A stretch of 64,000 bases of DNA, from positions 32,001 to 96,000 of the forward strand of contig OZ241857.1 of the NCBI GenBank assembly GCA_965203315.1. The letters run 5' to 3'. The number at the start of each line of letters is the position of its first letter. Position 1 is the stretch's first letter. A program made the translations under genes and the position numbers. This stretch comes from Nitrosopumilus sp. (lineage in GTDB: Archaea; Thermoproteota; Nitrososphaeria; Nitrososphaerales; Nitrosopumilaceae). Below the pieces are notes generated by a model. That model made no database searches, had not been told where the DNA came from, and saw only the letters and a list, made by a program, of their open reading frames with translations. Positions 41,073 to 51,154 of this stretch are shown in pieces.

Positions 41073-41549
41073 GTGGACATTTATCTTCTTCGTCATGGAA
41101 AGGCTGAGCGCAACGTAAAGAGTGACGCTAAACGTAAACTCACTGTTACAGGCAAGAAAGAGATCGTCAAGATCGGACGCGCTATCAATTCATTGGGAAT
41201 AGTTTTAGATACAGTGGCCACGAGCCCACTAGCTAGGGCTTATCAAACTGCAGAGATCGTTCTCGATCATATTGCTCCAAACGTCATTATCCCTTGGGAT
41301 GAACTGAAACCAGAATCTGATGTTTTCGACACTGTTCAGCGACTGGCAAAACTAAAGATGGACACAGCTATATTGTTGGTTGGACACCAGCCTCACCTAA
41401 GTAACTTGATCTCGTATCTCATAGGTGGCTCTACAAATATTGCTTTAAAGAAAGGGGGGCTTGGACATATTCGTATCTCTGGAGGTCTCCAAAATGGCAT
41501 ACTACGATCCCTGATGACTCCCAAACAGCTCCAAAGATTGGCGAAATAA
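41073..41549 (+). CDS. sixA: Phosphohistidine phosphatase SixA
   Basis: YLLRHGKAE, R.LT..G, TSPLARAYQTA, LVGHQP, KKGG. Confidence 0.93.
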   Translation: MDIYLLRHGKAERNVKSDAKRKLTVTGKKEIVKIGRAINSLGIVLDTVATSPLARAYQTAEIVLDHIAPNVIIPWDELKPESDVFDTVQRLAKLKMDTAILLVGHQPHLSNLISYLIGGSTNIALKKGGLGHIRISGGLQNGILRSLMTPKQLQRLAK

Positions 41550-41777
41550 TTTTTGATTAAAATAATGAGTCCATTTAATGACTTAATTCATACACAGAAT
41601 TGACTAGAATCTCTAGTGTCACCTTGTAGTGGAGATAAATTCATGTAGCGCAATTGCTAGACTAGATGATTATTATGACAAGTTGGACATGATTATAAAA
41701 CCTATAACTCAATTTGAGATAAATTACAGTATGTCCCGACGCTATCTATCTTGGAACAGATTGCACCTATGGATGGG

Positions 41778-43292
41778 ATGAACAAAGCTTCTGTGATTGA
41801 TCTCGGTTCAAATTCAGTTAAATTAGCCAACTATAACGTAGATTCTAAAGATTCTTACAAACCCTATCATCAAGAGTCAGTTCGTATCAAACTTGCTGAA
41901 GGTCTAGTGAACGGAGCACTGGGAGAGAAACACATGTGGCAAACAATCGATATCTTGAAGTTCTTTAGAAATATAATCGACTTTGAAGATATCAACTATG
42001 TACTGTCAGTGGCCACGAGCGCAGTTAGAGAAGCTTCTAATCGTGATAGTTTCTTGTCTACGATTCTACATGAAACTGGATTTAACTTTAAAGTACTCTC
42101 TGAACATGAAGAGGCACTATACTCTTATGCGGGTGCAATTCGTTCACTAAATCTTCCAAATGTGGTGTTCTTTGATATTGGAGGTGGCAGCCTTGAATTA
42201 GTCTCTTCAAAAAATTTTGAGATCAACAAGACAATCTCAGTTCCTTTAGGGGCATTAAAACTCAGTCAAAGTTTTACTACACTTGGTCGTTCATCTGATA
42301 CTATTAAAGAGATGATACAGTATATTGAAGCTAATCTGCCAGATCGTGAAACATTGGGTATTGATCACTCTGATGGACTAGTTCTGGTGGGTGTTGGAGG
42401 AACAGTTCGAACATTGGCCAAGTACGATCAAGCATCCATGTCATATCCACTAAAGAAACTTCACAACTATCAAATGCCATTTGACTCTGTCACTAAACTC
42501 TCTAATGAATTACACTCGATGACCATCGAACAGATTGCCCAGATCGATTCTATTGGAAATGGCAGATCTGACACTATACAAGCTGGTGCTGCCGTAATAT
42601 CCACTCTAATGAATAAACTCGAGTTTGACTCATTAACTGTTAGTGCACAAGGACTACGCGAAGGTACACTTGCACTATCGCTTCAATACCCAAACGAGTT
42701 TACAAAACACATGATAAACGAGACACATGTACAAGATCTAGTTCGTCTATATTCTCAACCAGATGCTGTCTTGAAGCACATAGACGATCTAGTCCGCATC
42801 TTCTTTACCATAAATCTGATATCTGATGAAGAACGAGATATTCTTGTTCGAGCGACATTACAGATAGACAAACTTTCCTCATTTCGAACTGTGGATAGTG
42901 TTTTTTACGCAATTCTTGACGACGACAGCAATCTGTCACATAGACAGCAACTGATTGTTGCATTGTCTATAATCTATGTAAAGAAGAAGAACCAGGCAGA
43001 TATCTTGTTTGACGAGTTTGCTCAAATACTTGGACCAAGCGATAAAAAGATGATCAAAAAGATATCGTCTATAGTCTCTTTATGTGATATACTCTACAAG
43101 ACTGGAACTCTAGTAAGATCTAAGAGTGTGGGCACAATGCTCTCACTTGATGTTTATTCTGCAAATAATAAATTTCCAGAGAGGCTGTTTGCAAAAGCAT
43201 GTAGCAAGATGTCAGACTCGGTTGGCATTCGTATTGACTCTTCTGTATACTATGATGTTCCAAATCGTGTCAAATCTGTGGACATCATATAG
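41778..43292 (+). CDS. ppx: Ppx/GppA family exopolyphosphatase
   Basis: IDLGSNS, ATSAVREASN, EEA, DIGGGSLE, GVGGTVR, GLREG. Confidence 0.93.
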   Translation: MNKASVIDLGSNSVKLANYNVDSKDSYKPYHQESVRIKLAEGLVNGALGEKHMWQTIDILKFFRNIIDFEDINYVLSVATSAVREASNRDSFLSTILHETGFNFKVLSEHEEALYSYAGAIRSLNLPNVVFFDIGGGSLELVSSKNFEINKTISVPLGALKLSQSFTTLGRSSDTIKEMIQYIEANLPDRETLGIDHSDGLVLVGVGGTVRTLAKYDQASMSYPLKKLHNYQMPFDSVTKLSNELHSMTIEQIAQIDSIGNGRSDTIQAGAAVISTLMNKLEFDSLTVSAQGLREGTLALSLQYPNEFTKHMINETHVQDLVRLYSQPDAVLKHIDDLVRIFFTINLISDEERDILVRATLQIDKLSSFRTVDSVFYAILDDDSNLSHRQQLIVALSIIYVKKKNQADILFDEFAQILGPSDKKMIKKISSIVSLCDILYKTGTLVRSKSVGTMLSLDVYSANNKFPERLFAKACSKMSDSVGIRIDSSVYYDVPNRVKSVDII

Positions 43293-43302
43293 ATTACATA
43301 AT

Positions 43303-43443
43303 AGACTGTATGCGTATTATTAAGAGTGTCCATGTCCAATCATCAAAAACGATAACAATGAATCAATTTGCCTCTAGAAATCATGCCTGTGTTTTATTGT
43401 ACGTTAAAATGTGCATAAGATACAAGAAATACGTATACAGTCT
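43303..43443 (-). mobile_element. MITE family A copy 4 (inverted)
   Basis: Reverse-complement match to 2475-2615; target duplication AAT. Confidence 0.88.
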
Positions 43444-43483
43444 AATATGTGAAAAATTTATAGATACTAGATTAGATTGATAT

Positions 43484-44185
43484 GTGATATTGAGATCTAG
43501 TCGAACACAAAGTTATAGAATACCAGGTAAACTAGTCGTAGTTGAAGGAATAGACGGTTCTGGCAAATCTACACAACTCCGATTATTAGAAAAGTGGTTA
43601 CGCTTCAACAACATTGAGGTCTTTCGGACAGAGTGGAATTCATCTGCTATAGTTAAATCGATCACATCTAAAGGAAAGAAGAAAGCAAATCTAACTCCTA
43701 CAACCTTTAGCTTGTTACACGCTACTGACTTTGCCGACAGGTTTGAGCGAAACATTATGCCCCTCTTGCATGCTGGTTATTTTGTTCTGGCAGATCGCTA
43801 TATTTACACTGCATATGCACGTGACGTTACACGTGGTTGTAGTCCAAGATGGGTTAGAAAAGTATATGATTTTGGACTCAAACCCGACATTACATTTTAC
43901 TTTCGTGTTCCAATTGACGTATCGATGGAACGGATCCTTGCCGGTCGTCCCAAACTCAAGTATTATGAAGCAGGAATGGATCTAGATCTAAGCAAAGATA
44001 TCTATGAGAGTTATAGAATATTTCAGAGTAGAATAATCGAACAGTATGAACTGATGAGTAAACGCGAGCAGTTTAGTGTAATAGATGCAACTCTTGGAAT
44101 CAAAGAACAACAGAATCTTATGCGTGAATGTGTGGTAAAACTGATTCCTCCAAAGATGATAAAGTCCATGGTAGAGGCACCATGA
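43484..44185 (+). CDS. Thymidylate-kinase-like P-loop kinase A (candidate catalytic subunit of a polyphosphate kinase)
   Basis: VEGIDGSGKSTQ Walker A, ADRYIYT, KYYEAG.D; located between ppx and CHAD. Confidence 0.85.
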   Translation: MILRSSRTQSYRIPGKLVVVEGIDGSGKSTQLRLLEKWLRFNNIEVFRTEWNSSAIVKSITSKGKKKANLTPTTFSLLHATDFADRFERNIMPLLHAGYFVLADRYIYTAYARDVTRGCSPRWVRKVYDFGLKPDITFYFRVPIDVSMERILAGRPKLKYYEAGMDLDLSKDIYESYRIFQSRIIEQYELMSKREQFSVIDATLGIKEQQNLMRECVVKLIPPKMIKSMVEAP

Positions 44186-44922
44186 TAAAAAACGATCTCG
44201 CACATGCAGGTGTAAAACGAAGTCCAAGATGGTATGGCACATCCAAATTTGGGGGCATTCCTTATCTTGACGATCTAGAGATAACTGGACGGTTGATTGT
44301 AATTGAAGGACCTGACGCATCTGGTCGTAGCTCTCAGATCGATATGATAACTGCGCGATTAGAAGCAGATGGATTTGCAGTACTGAACACCGGTCTAAAA
44401 CGATCCGAGTTGATAGGTGCTGGAATTCTTGAAGCAAAGCAGAGTGTTGCGCTTGGCAAGAGAACAAGTGCTCTGTTTTATGCAGCAGACTTTGCTGATC
44501 AACTAGAACACAAGATCATACCTGCACTTCAAGCTGGTTACGTTGTGTTGGCCGATAGGTACATCTATACATTGATGGCGAGAAATACTGTCCGTGGTAT
44601 AAAGCGACAGTGGTCGGCAGATCTGTACAGCTTTGCATTGATTCCTGATCTGACATTCTATCTAGATGTTGATCCATTCAAACTGGTTCATCGTGTATTT
44701 GAAAAGCGACAGTCACTAGACTATTACGAGTCTGGAGCTGATATGGGACTATCAAATGACATGTTTGAGTCATTTATAATATATCAACAAAAGATGGCCA
44801 AAGAGTTTGAGCTATTAAAAGAGAGATATGATCTCACTTTGGTTAATGGAAATCGTACAGTTGAGCAAGTCAACAATCTATTACAACGTCGTATTAGTAG
44901 ATATTTGACGAGGTCGACATGA
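44182..44922 (+). CDS. Thymidylate-kinase-like protein B with altered P-loop (candidate accessory subunit)
   Basis: IEGPDASGRSSQ (K to R), ADRYIYT, DYYESG.D; ATGA-coupled to kinase A. Confidence 0.85.
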   Translation: MIKNDLAHAGVKRSPRWYGTSKFGGIPYLDDLEITGRLIVIEGPDASGRSSQIDMITARLEADGFAVLNTGLKRSELIGAGILEAKQSVALGKRTSALFYAADFADQLEHKIIPALQAGYVVLADRYIYTLMARNTVRGIKRQWSADLYSFALIPDLTFYLDVDPFKLVHRVFEKRQSLDYYESGADMGLSNDMFESFIIYQQKMAKEFELLKERYDLTLVNGNRTVEQVNNLLQRRISRYLTRST

Positions 44923-45671
44923 CCGACGATACCATACGTCGATCTGTTGTAAAGAGATTTGAAAACGTTGTAATAAAACTTGGTCTATACGTACGTGATC
45001 CAAATGTGGAGAATCTTCATCTAGTTCGTACATCTATACGTCGTCTCCAATCTGCATGCATGATTGTACCAAAATCGTCTCAAACCAAATCATCAAAAAA
45101 GTTCATTAAACTAGCAAATACCTTCTTTAAAATTACTGGCAATATTCGTGACTATGACATTATCTTAAACAAATCGTCTCAATATCAGATTGATTCTGAA
45201 TCTAATTTTTTTGTGCTTGTTGATAAAAAACGTACAAAGCTTCAGACTCGTGTACTTGAATCTGCACACAAGCTCTTGCATACAAAAGATACAAAGATTC
45301 GATATTTTGACAATTCGAAGTTTGAACGGATTTTAATAAAAATGATCGACAGTCTCTTTAAAGATATCTCTCTTGTTGCTGATGTGTCAAACGTTGGCGA
45401 ATTACACGATCTACGCAAAGAACTCAAGCGACTACACTATCTCCTTGAACTTGAACCTACAAAACGTTATCTCTCGATCATATCCAATATCCGGTATCTG
45501 CAAAGACTGTTGGGAGATATTCATGACTCTGATATCTTTATCTGGTATATACAAAAACATGGTCTGAAAATAGATAGCGTCACTGATATCATTTTACAAG
45601 AAAAAAATAAACGAGATAAAACATATGCCGAGATGATATCCTATATCAAACCTTTGATGCATCTAGGCTGA
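44919..45671 (+). CDS. CHAD domain (polyphosphate-binding) protein
   Basis: ENLHLVRTSIRRL, GNIRDYDI, LHDLRKELKRLHYLLE, LQRLLGDIHDSD. Confidence 0.9.
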   Translation: MTDDTIRRSVVKRFENVVIKLGLYVRDPNVENLHLVRTSIRRLQSACMIVPKSSQTKSSKKFIKLANTFFKITGNIRDYDIILNKSSQYQIDSESNFFVLVDKKRTKLQTRVLESAHKLLHTKDTKIRYFDNSKFERILIKMIDSLFKDISLVADVSNVGELHDLRKELKRLHYLLELEPTKRYLSIISNIRYLQRLLGDIHDSDIFIWYIQKHGLKIDSVTDIILQEKNKRDKTYAEMISYIKPLMHLG

Positions 45672-45992
45672 TTTTGCATCTTTGAGTATCTCTTTTGCTT
45701 TCTTGATCTTGGACTTTGCTTCTTTTTTTGCCGCGAGTTTGGTGATCTTTACCTGCTTTTTTGCTTTCTTGATCTTGGCCTTTGCCTCCACTCTCTCTTG
45801 TTTTGCTTTTTGCTTTGCTTCTTTTTTTGCTAACGTTTTTTGTTTTATTTCCTCTTCTTTTGCTTTCTTGATCGCCTTTTTTGCCTCACCCTTTACTCGT
45901 TTTAATTCTGTCTTGGCGGCAGTAAGCTGTTTTCGTGCATCTAGGATCTTGGTATTGTGTTCTCTCTTTATATCTGCTAGATTGGATGACAT
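45663..45992 (-). CDS. Lys/Ala-rich basic helical protein (109 aa)
   Basis: 35 Lys in 109 aa; repeated EAKxxIKKAK; start set at ATG 45992. Confidence 0.8.
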   Translation of the reverse strand: MSSNLADIKREHNTKILDARKQLTAAKTELKRVKGEAKKAIKKAKEEEIKQKTLAKKEAKQKAKQERVEAKAKIKKAKKQVKITKLAAKKEAKSKIKKAKEILKDAKSA

Positions 45993-46043
45993 GCTAGTTG
46001 TAAGATGTACTGATAAAAAAATATGTCGGTTAGACCTCTGATC

Positions 46044-46520
46044 TGTAAGATCCGGAAAGTAGTTCACCTCCCAACCAAGAGTGTAGATGTAAGTTCCAAG
46101 CCTCGTCAAAAGCACGTACGCAGGTATGATGAGATGTGGAAATATGTAGGCAAGAAGCAAATCCGAAGAATGAGTAAATTAGATCAACAAAAAGTACAAT
46201 ACATTGTACGAGAAAAGAGCACAGGAACCAAGAACTCTGTCATCGCAGAACAGATGGACATATCTGTTCACTGTATTCAAAAACTGTTTGCCAGATACAA
46301 GAATGTAGAACCAAATTAGATGGTGTGTCCAAAACTCATGGGTAGACCCAAGAAGAGTCTGGTAGGCAGGCTAGAACACTGCAGTACTGACACTACATGC
46401 TTTAACAGGTCAAGCAGCTACAAATCTCAAACGTGATCTAGTAGATTATCTCCGAATAAGCGTTACACGGTACATGACACACAAGATCCTACGAGATGAG
46501 GTTCTAACCAAAAAGCAAGG
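46044..46520 (+). pseudogene. IS481-like transposase relic with left end
   Basis: TGT-initiated end shared with 27331; HTH MSKLDQQKVQYIVREK...IAEQMDISVHCIQKLFARYK, then in-frame stop and MGRPKK; 3' boundary approximate. Confidence 0.6.
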
Positions 46521-46792
46521 TTGCGTAGTGCAATCATTCAACTGTCATTAGTAGCATGATCGTCATTCTTGGAAAACTTGCAGGTCATTCTTTTAGAATA
46601 ACGTGATTCCGGATGCTTGATTATGGCTGGTTAATTATTACATATATCCACTAAAATTTCATATACGGTGTTACGTACTATGCAAATTACTCTATAATTA
46701 TTCTGGTAGCCACGGGTGGTGATGATCGACTAATTATTTAGCTATACCTATTTTTAATCATGTATTTATAATCTAATCTACTATACAAAACT

Positions 46793-48193
46793 ATGGCAAC
46801 CGAAAGTCTCGATATGGATTATTCAAAGTATGACTTTAAAGACTCTACAGAGATGTACGTTCATCTCAGTAAGAAAGGTCTCTCAAAGGATACCATCATC
46901 GGTATCAGCAAGATGAAAGATGAACCCCAATGGATGCTAGACTTTAGACTTCGTTCGTATGAGATATTTATGAAGAAACCACTACCGACATGGGGCGGTA
47001 ATCTAACTCAGATCGACTTTCAAAATATCTATTATTATGCAAAGGCATCTGAAAAGACCGAAAAGAGTTGGGATGATGTTCCTCAAGATGTCAAGAATAC
47101 ATTTGACAAGCTTGGAATTCCAGAGGCTGAAAAGAAGTTTTTGGCAGGTGTTGGTGCTCAATACGAGTCAGAGGTTGTATATCATAATTTGCGTGAAGAT
47201 CTTCAAAAACAAGGAGTGCTATTTTTGGATACAGACTCTGCACTAAAAGAACAGCCAGAGATCTTTAAGAAATACTTTGGCAAAGTCATCCCTCCAGAAG
47301 ATAACAAGTTTGCAGCCCTCAACAGTGCAGTGTGGAGTGGTGGCTCTTTCATCTATGTGCCACCAGGCGTAAAAGTCGACATGCCACTACAAGCGTACTT
47401 TAGGATCAACGCTGAAAATATTGGCCAGTTTGAACGAACACTCATTATAGTAGACGAAGGTGCAGAAGTTCATTATATCGAAGGTTGTACTGCTCCTGTA
47501 TACTCTTCGGAATCGCTCCACTCTGCTGTGGTGGAATTGGTAGCCCACAAGGATGCCAAACTACGATACACTACGATTCAAAACTGGAGTAACGATGTAT
47601 ACAATCTAGTTACAAAACGTGCGTACGCATACGAGGGAGCAACTGTAGAATGGATAGATGGTAATATTGGCAGTAAACTCACTATGAAGTATCCTGGGGT
47701 CTATCTGCTGGGTGAAAGAGCATATGGCGAGACACTCTCTATCGCATTTGCAGGCAAGGGTCAACATCAAGATACAGGCGCCAAGATGGTACATTTAGCT
47801 CCAAACACGACATCAAAGATTACCTCCAAATCAGTAAGTCGTCTAGATGGTCGTTCTACCTATCGTGGACTATTAACTGTCGCCAAAGGGGCTAGTAATG
47901 TAAAGTCTACTGTTCGCTGTGATGCACTATTGCTAGATGACACATCAAAGACCGATACATATCCGTACATGGAGATAAACCAAGAAGACGCTACCATAAC
48001 TCATGAAGCAACAGTGGGAAAGATTGGAGATGAGCAGATATTTTATCTGATGAGTCGTGGTTTCACGGAGGAAGAGTCTCTCTCACTCATCGTCAATGGA
48101 TTCATGGAGCCATTTACTAAAGAACTCCCAATGGAGTATGCAGTAGAACTAAATCGACTCATCAAACTAGAGATGGATGACTCTGTTGGATAG
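46793..48193 (+). CDS. sufB: Fe-S cluster assembly protein SufB
   Basis: [38 protein letters not shown]. Confidence 0.97.
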   Translation: MATESLDMDYSKYDFKDSTEMYVHLSKKGLSKDTIIGISKMKDEPQWMLDFRLRSYEIFMKKPLPTWGGNLTQIDFQNIYYYAKASEKTEKSWDDVPQDVKNTFDKLGIPEAEKKFLAGVGAQYESEVVYHNLREDLQKQGVLFLDTDSALKEQPEIFKKYFGKVIPPEDNKFAALNSAVWSGGSFIYVPPGVKVDMPLQAYFRINAENIGQFERTLIIVDEGAEVHYIEGCTAPVYSSESLHSAVVELVAHKDAKLRYTTIQNWSNDVYNLVTKRAYAYEGATVEWIDGNIGSKLTMKYPGVYLLGERAYGETLSIAFAGKGQHQDTGAKMVHLAPNTTSKITSKSVSRLDGRSTYRGLLTVAKGASNVKSTVRCDALLLDDTSKTDTYPYMEINQEDATITHEATVGKIGDEQIFYLMSRGFTEEESLSLIVNGFMEPFTKELPMEYAVELNRLIKLEMDDSVG

Positions 48194-48197
48194 TGTC

Positions 48198-49595
48198 ATG
48201 TCACAGACTTTGTCCGAGTTGGATACAAATCATCTCAACGAGTTATCCTCCACGAGAGATGAGCCAGATTGGCTGAGATCATATCGTAGAGACTCTTTAT
48301 CTGTATATCAGAGTCTACCGATCGAGATATCACCATTATACAACAAGTATACAGATGCCGCAAAGATGGATCCAGACAAAGTCTCTCTAGGTTCGGCAAC
48401 TAAATCCACTCCTCCAAAACTTCTCACACGTAGACTGGCAGAACTAGATGACACCATTTGTGTGGTTCAGATAGGCACACATATCACAAAGATCAACATT
48501 CCAGACGAGCTCTTGTCAAAGGGACTAGTGATCACATCTATTCATGATGCGTTACGCAACCACACTGATACTGTGCGTAGTGTACTAGAGTCATCCGACT
48601 CAAATAGCGACAAGTTTACTGCTCTAAACAACGCAACGTTCAACTCTGGTCTCTTTGTATACGTGCCACCCAATTTGACGATAACTCGACCTATTCACCT
48701 ACTCACATGTCTATCTGAGGATGATATATCCCTAGTATCACGAAATATAATACATGTTGGTCAGAATAGTAAAGCAACTCTTATTCAAGAACTCTACTCT
48801 CCACAATCTACAACACAGCAGGCATATCTGGAATTGATCAATGTCAATCTAGACGCAGATGCACAACTCGACATTACAACACTCGAACTGTTGGATCAGA
48901 CATCTGTAAACTTTTCCACACGTCAGACCAGTGTTGCACAAGACGCAAAGATCAATTGGTACTCTGGACTCTTTGGTTCAATGCTTGCTCGATACAAGAT
49001 CGATTACATGTTGAATGGTTCAGGTGCTACTGCCAACGACTCTGAAGTGATCTTTGGAGACAAATCTCAGTCCTTTGATATTCAAACCAACATGAATCAT
49101 CAGAGCCCTGCAACAGAAGGACGCGTAGTCGAAAAGTCTATCTTACGTGATCATGCCAAGTCCCTCTTCAAAGGAATGATCCGTATTAGAGAGAACGCAA
49201 CAAAGTCCAACTCTTTTTTATCTGGACGTTCTATACTACTAGACAAGAATGCAAAGTCAGACGCAATACCTGGTCTTGAGATATTTACGAACGACGTCAA
49301 GGCAACACACTCTGCATCGGTCGCGCAGATAGACGAAGAGCAGATATTTTATCTCCAGTCTAGATGTCTCAGCAAAGCAGAAGCAGAACGAACCATAGTT
49401 GAAGGATTCCTGGAGCCATTATCTAGAAAGATGTCTTATCAGGTTCGTGCATGGATAGCTTATCTAATCGAGTCCAAGTGGGATGATCGTGAACTCTCGA
49501 TCAATACAGACGAAGAGTTGGCAAAGTTTGTCGAGGTTGAAGAGACTAGATACAACGAAGATGCAGAGATCGAACAACACTACAAGTATAGGTGA
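48198..49595 (+). CDS. sufD: Fe-S cluster assembly protein SufD
   Basis: FKGMIRI, AIPGLEI..NDVKATHSASV, FYLQSR. Confidence 0.92.
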   Translation: MSQTLSELDTNHLNELSSTRDEPDWLRSYRRDSLSVYQSLPIEISPLYNKYTDAAKMDPDKVSLGSATKSTPPKLLTRRLAELDDTICVVQIGTHITKINIPDELLSKGLVITSIHDALRNHTDTVRSVLESSDSNSDKFTALNNATFNSGLFVYVPPNLTITRPIHLLTCLSEDDISLVSRNIIHVGQNSKATLIQELYSPQSTTQQAYLELINVNLDADAQLDITTLELLDQTSVNFSTRQTSVAQDAKINWYSGLFGSMLARYKIDYMLNGSGATANDSEVIFGDKSQSFDIQTNMNHQSPATEGRVVEKSILRDHAKSLFKGMIRIRENATKSNSFLSGRSILLDKNAKSDAIPGLEIFTNDVKATHSASVAQIDEEQIFYLQSRCLSKAEAERTIVEGFLEPLSRKMSYQVRAWIAYLIESKWDDRELSINTDEELAKFVEVEETRYNEDAEIEQHYKYR

Positions 49596-49607
49596 CACAG
49601 TGATCAA

Positions 49608-49919
49608 ATGTTGACCGAATGGGTTCGTATATGCAATGTATCTGATATTGATAAAGACAAGATATTGAGCGTATCATGTAAAGGTAATAATCTCCTAGTA
49701 GCAAAACTTGATGACACTGTACATGTTGTCGACTCGACATGTACTCATCAAGATGCAGATCTATCTTGTGGATTTCTAAGTCAAGAAGGTATACGATGTC
49801 CACTACATTTATCGGTATTTGATCTATCTGACGGCAAACCACAAAACCCTCCTGCAGAACAACCGATCAGAGTATATCCAGTAAAGATAGACGGTACAGA
49901 GGTATATGTAGAGGTGTAG
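49608..49919 (+). CDS. Rieske-type ferredoxin
   Basis: CTH ... CPLH Rieske ligands. Confidence 0.92.
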   Translation: MLTEWVRICNVSDIDKDKILSVSCKGNNLLVAKLDDTVHVVDSTCTHQDADLSCGFLSQEGIRCPLHLSVFDLSDGKPQNPPAEQPIRVYPVKIDGTEVYVEV

Positions 49920-49921
49920 TC

Positions 49922-51154
49922 ATGAAATCGTTTGAGCATATTAGAGATGACTTTCCAATTCTGTCCCGAACAGTACGAGACAATAAACCTCTAATCTATC
50001 TAGATAATGCATCAACGACTCAGAAACCGAATCAAGTGATCGACTCGATCACACAGTATTATAGGGAACGTAATGCCAACATTCATCGCGCCGTCTATGC
50101 ACTTGCTGAAGAAGCTACTGCATCATACGAAGAGACACGTGACAAGATTGCAAAATTTGTAAACGTATCTGATAGACAAGAGATAATCTTTGTACGAGGA
50201 ACCACAGAGGCCATAAATCTAGTTGCATATGCGTGGGGCAGAAAGACGATCAACTCTGACGACATAATCGTAACAACCGAATATGAACATCATAGCAATA
50301 TCGTTCCATGGCAACTATTGACTCGAGAACGATCTGCACGCCTCGAGTACATCCGTATAGATGACTCGGGAGAACTGATTCTAGATGATCTAGACGAGTA
50401 TCTCGCTACGGGGAGGGTCAAACTGGTTGCATTCAGTCTGATGTCAAATGTACTCGGAACCATATCTGCCGCTAAAGAGATAATCGCAAAGTGTAGATCT
50501 GCTGGAGTCTTGACTCTAGTTGACGCAGCTCAAGCTGTTCCTCATATGCCTGTAGACGTACAATCTTTGGATTGTGACTTTTTTGCATTCTCGGGACACA
50601 AGATGCTTGGTCCAACAGGTATCGGTGTATTGTGGGTACGCAAGAGTATCTTAGATACGATGGCACCGTTTCATGGTGGTGGTGACATGATCCGTGAAGT
50701 ACACAAGTACGAGACTACGTGGAACGATCTGCCGTACAAATTTGAGGCAGGTACTCCAAACATAGCCGACGTTGCCGGGCTCGGCGCCGCAATAGATTAT
50801 CTAAATGATCTAGGAATGGATAATGTACGCAACCACGAGATCGAACTCACAAAATACATGATAAAACAATTAGCTGATGTCAACGGACTGACCATATATG
50901 GTACACAAGATATATCTAAACGCGGTGGTGTAGTGTCGTTCAACTTTGCAGATGTACATCCGCACGATGTTGCTCAGATCATAGACGAAGAAGGGATCGC
51001 AATACGGTCAGGACATCACTGCGCCCAAGTCTTGATGGAACGATTGGACGTGTCTGCCACATCTCGTGCTAGCACATACGTGTATAACACTCGCGCCGAG
51101 ATAGACACGTTGATCAACTCTTTAAATAAAGTAGCGAGGGTCTTTAAGCTATGA
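49922..51154 (+). CDS. sufS: Cysteine desulfurase SufS
   Basis: YLDNASTTQKP, EHHSN, FSGHKMLGPTG, RSGHHCAQ. Confidence 0.96.
   Translation: MKSFEHIRDDFPILSRTVRDNKPLIYLDNASTTQKPNQVIDSITQYYRERNANIHRAVYALAEEATASYEETRDKIAKFVNVSDRQEIIFVRGTTEAINLVAYAWGRKTINSDDIIVTTEYEHHSNIVPWQLLTRERSARLEYIRIDDSGELILDDLDEYLATGRVKLVAFSLMSNVLGTISAAKEIIAKCRSAGVLTLVDAAQAVPHMPVDVQSLDCDFFAFSGHKMLGPTGIGVLWVRKSILDTMAPFHGGGDMIREVHKYETTWNDLPYKFEAGTPNIADVAGLGAAIDYLNDLGMDNVRNHEIELTKYMIKQLADVNGLTIYGTQDISKRGGVVSFNFADVHPHDVAQIIDEEGIAIRSGHHCAQVLMERLDVSATSRASTYVYNTRAEIDTLINSLNKVARVFKL

Noticed and set aside
43484-44922. Calling the two kinases tmk (dTMP kinase)
   Set aside because: Tandem coupled pair, altered P-loop in the second, and ppx/CHAD/sixA context argue against housekeeping Tmk; symbol withheld
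45682-46041. Phe-rich 119-aa plus-strand ORF
   Set aside because: Antisense shadow of the Lys-rich gene
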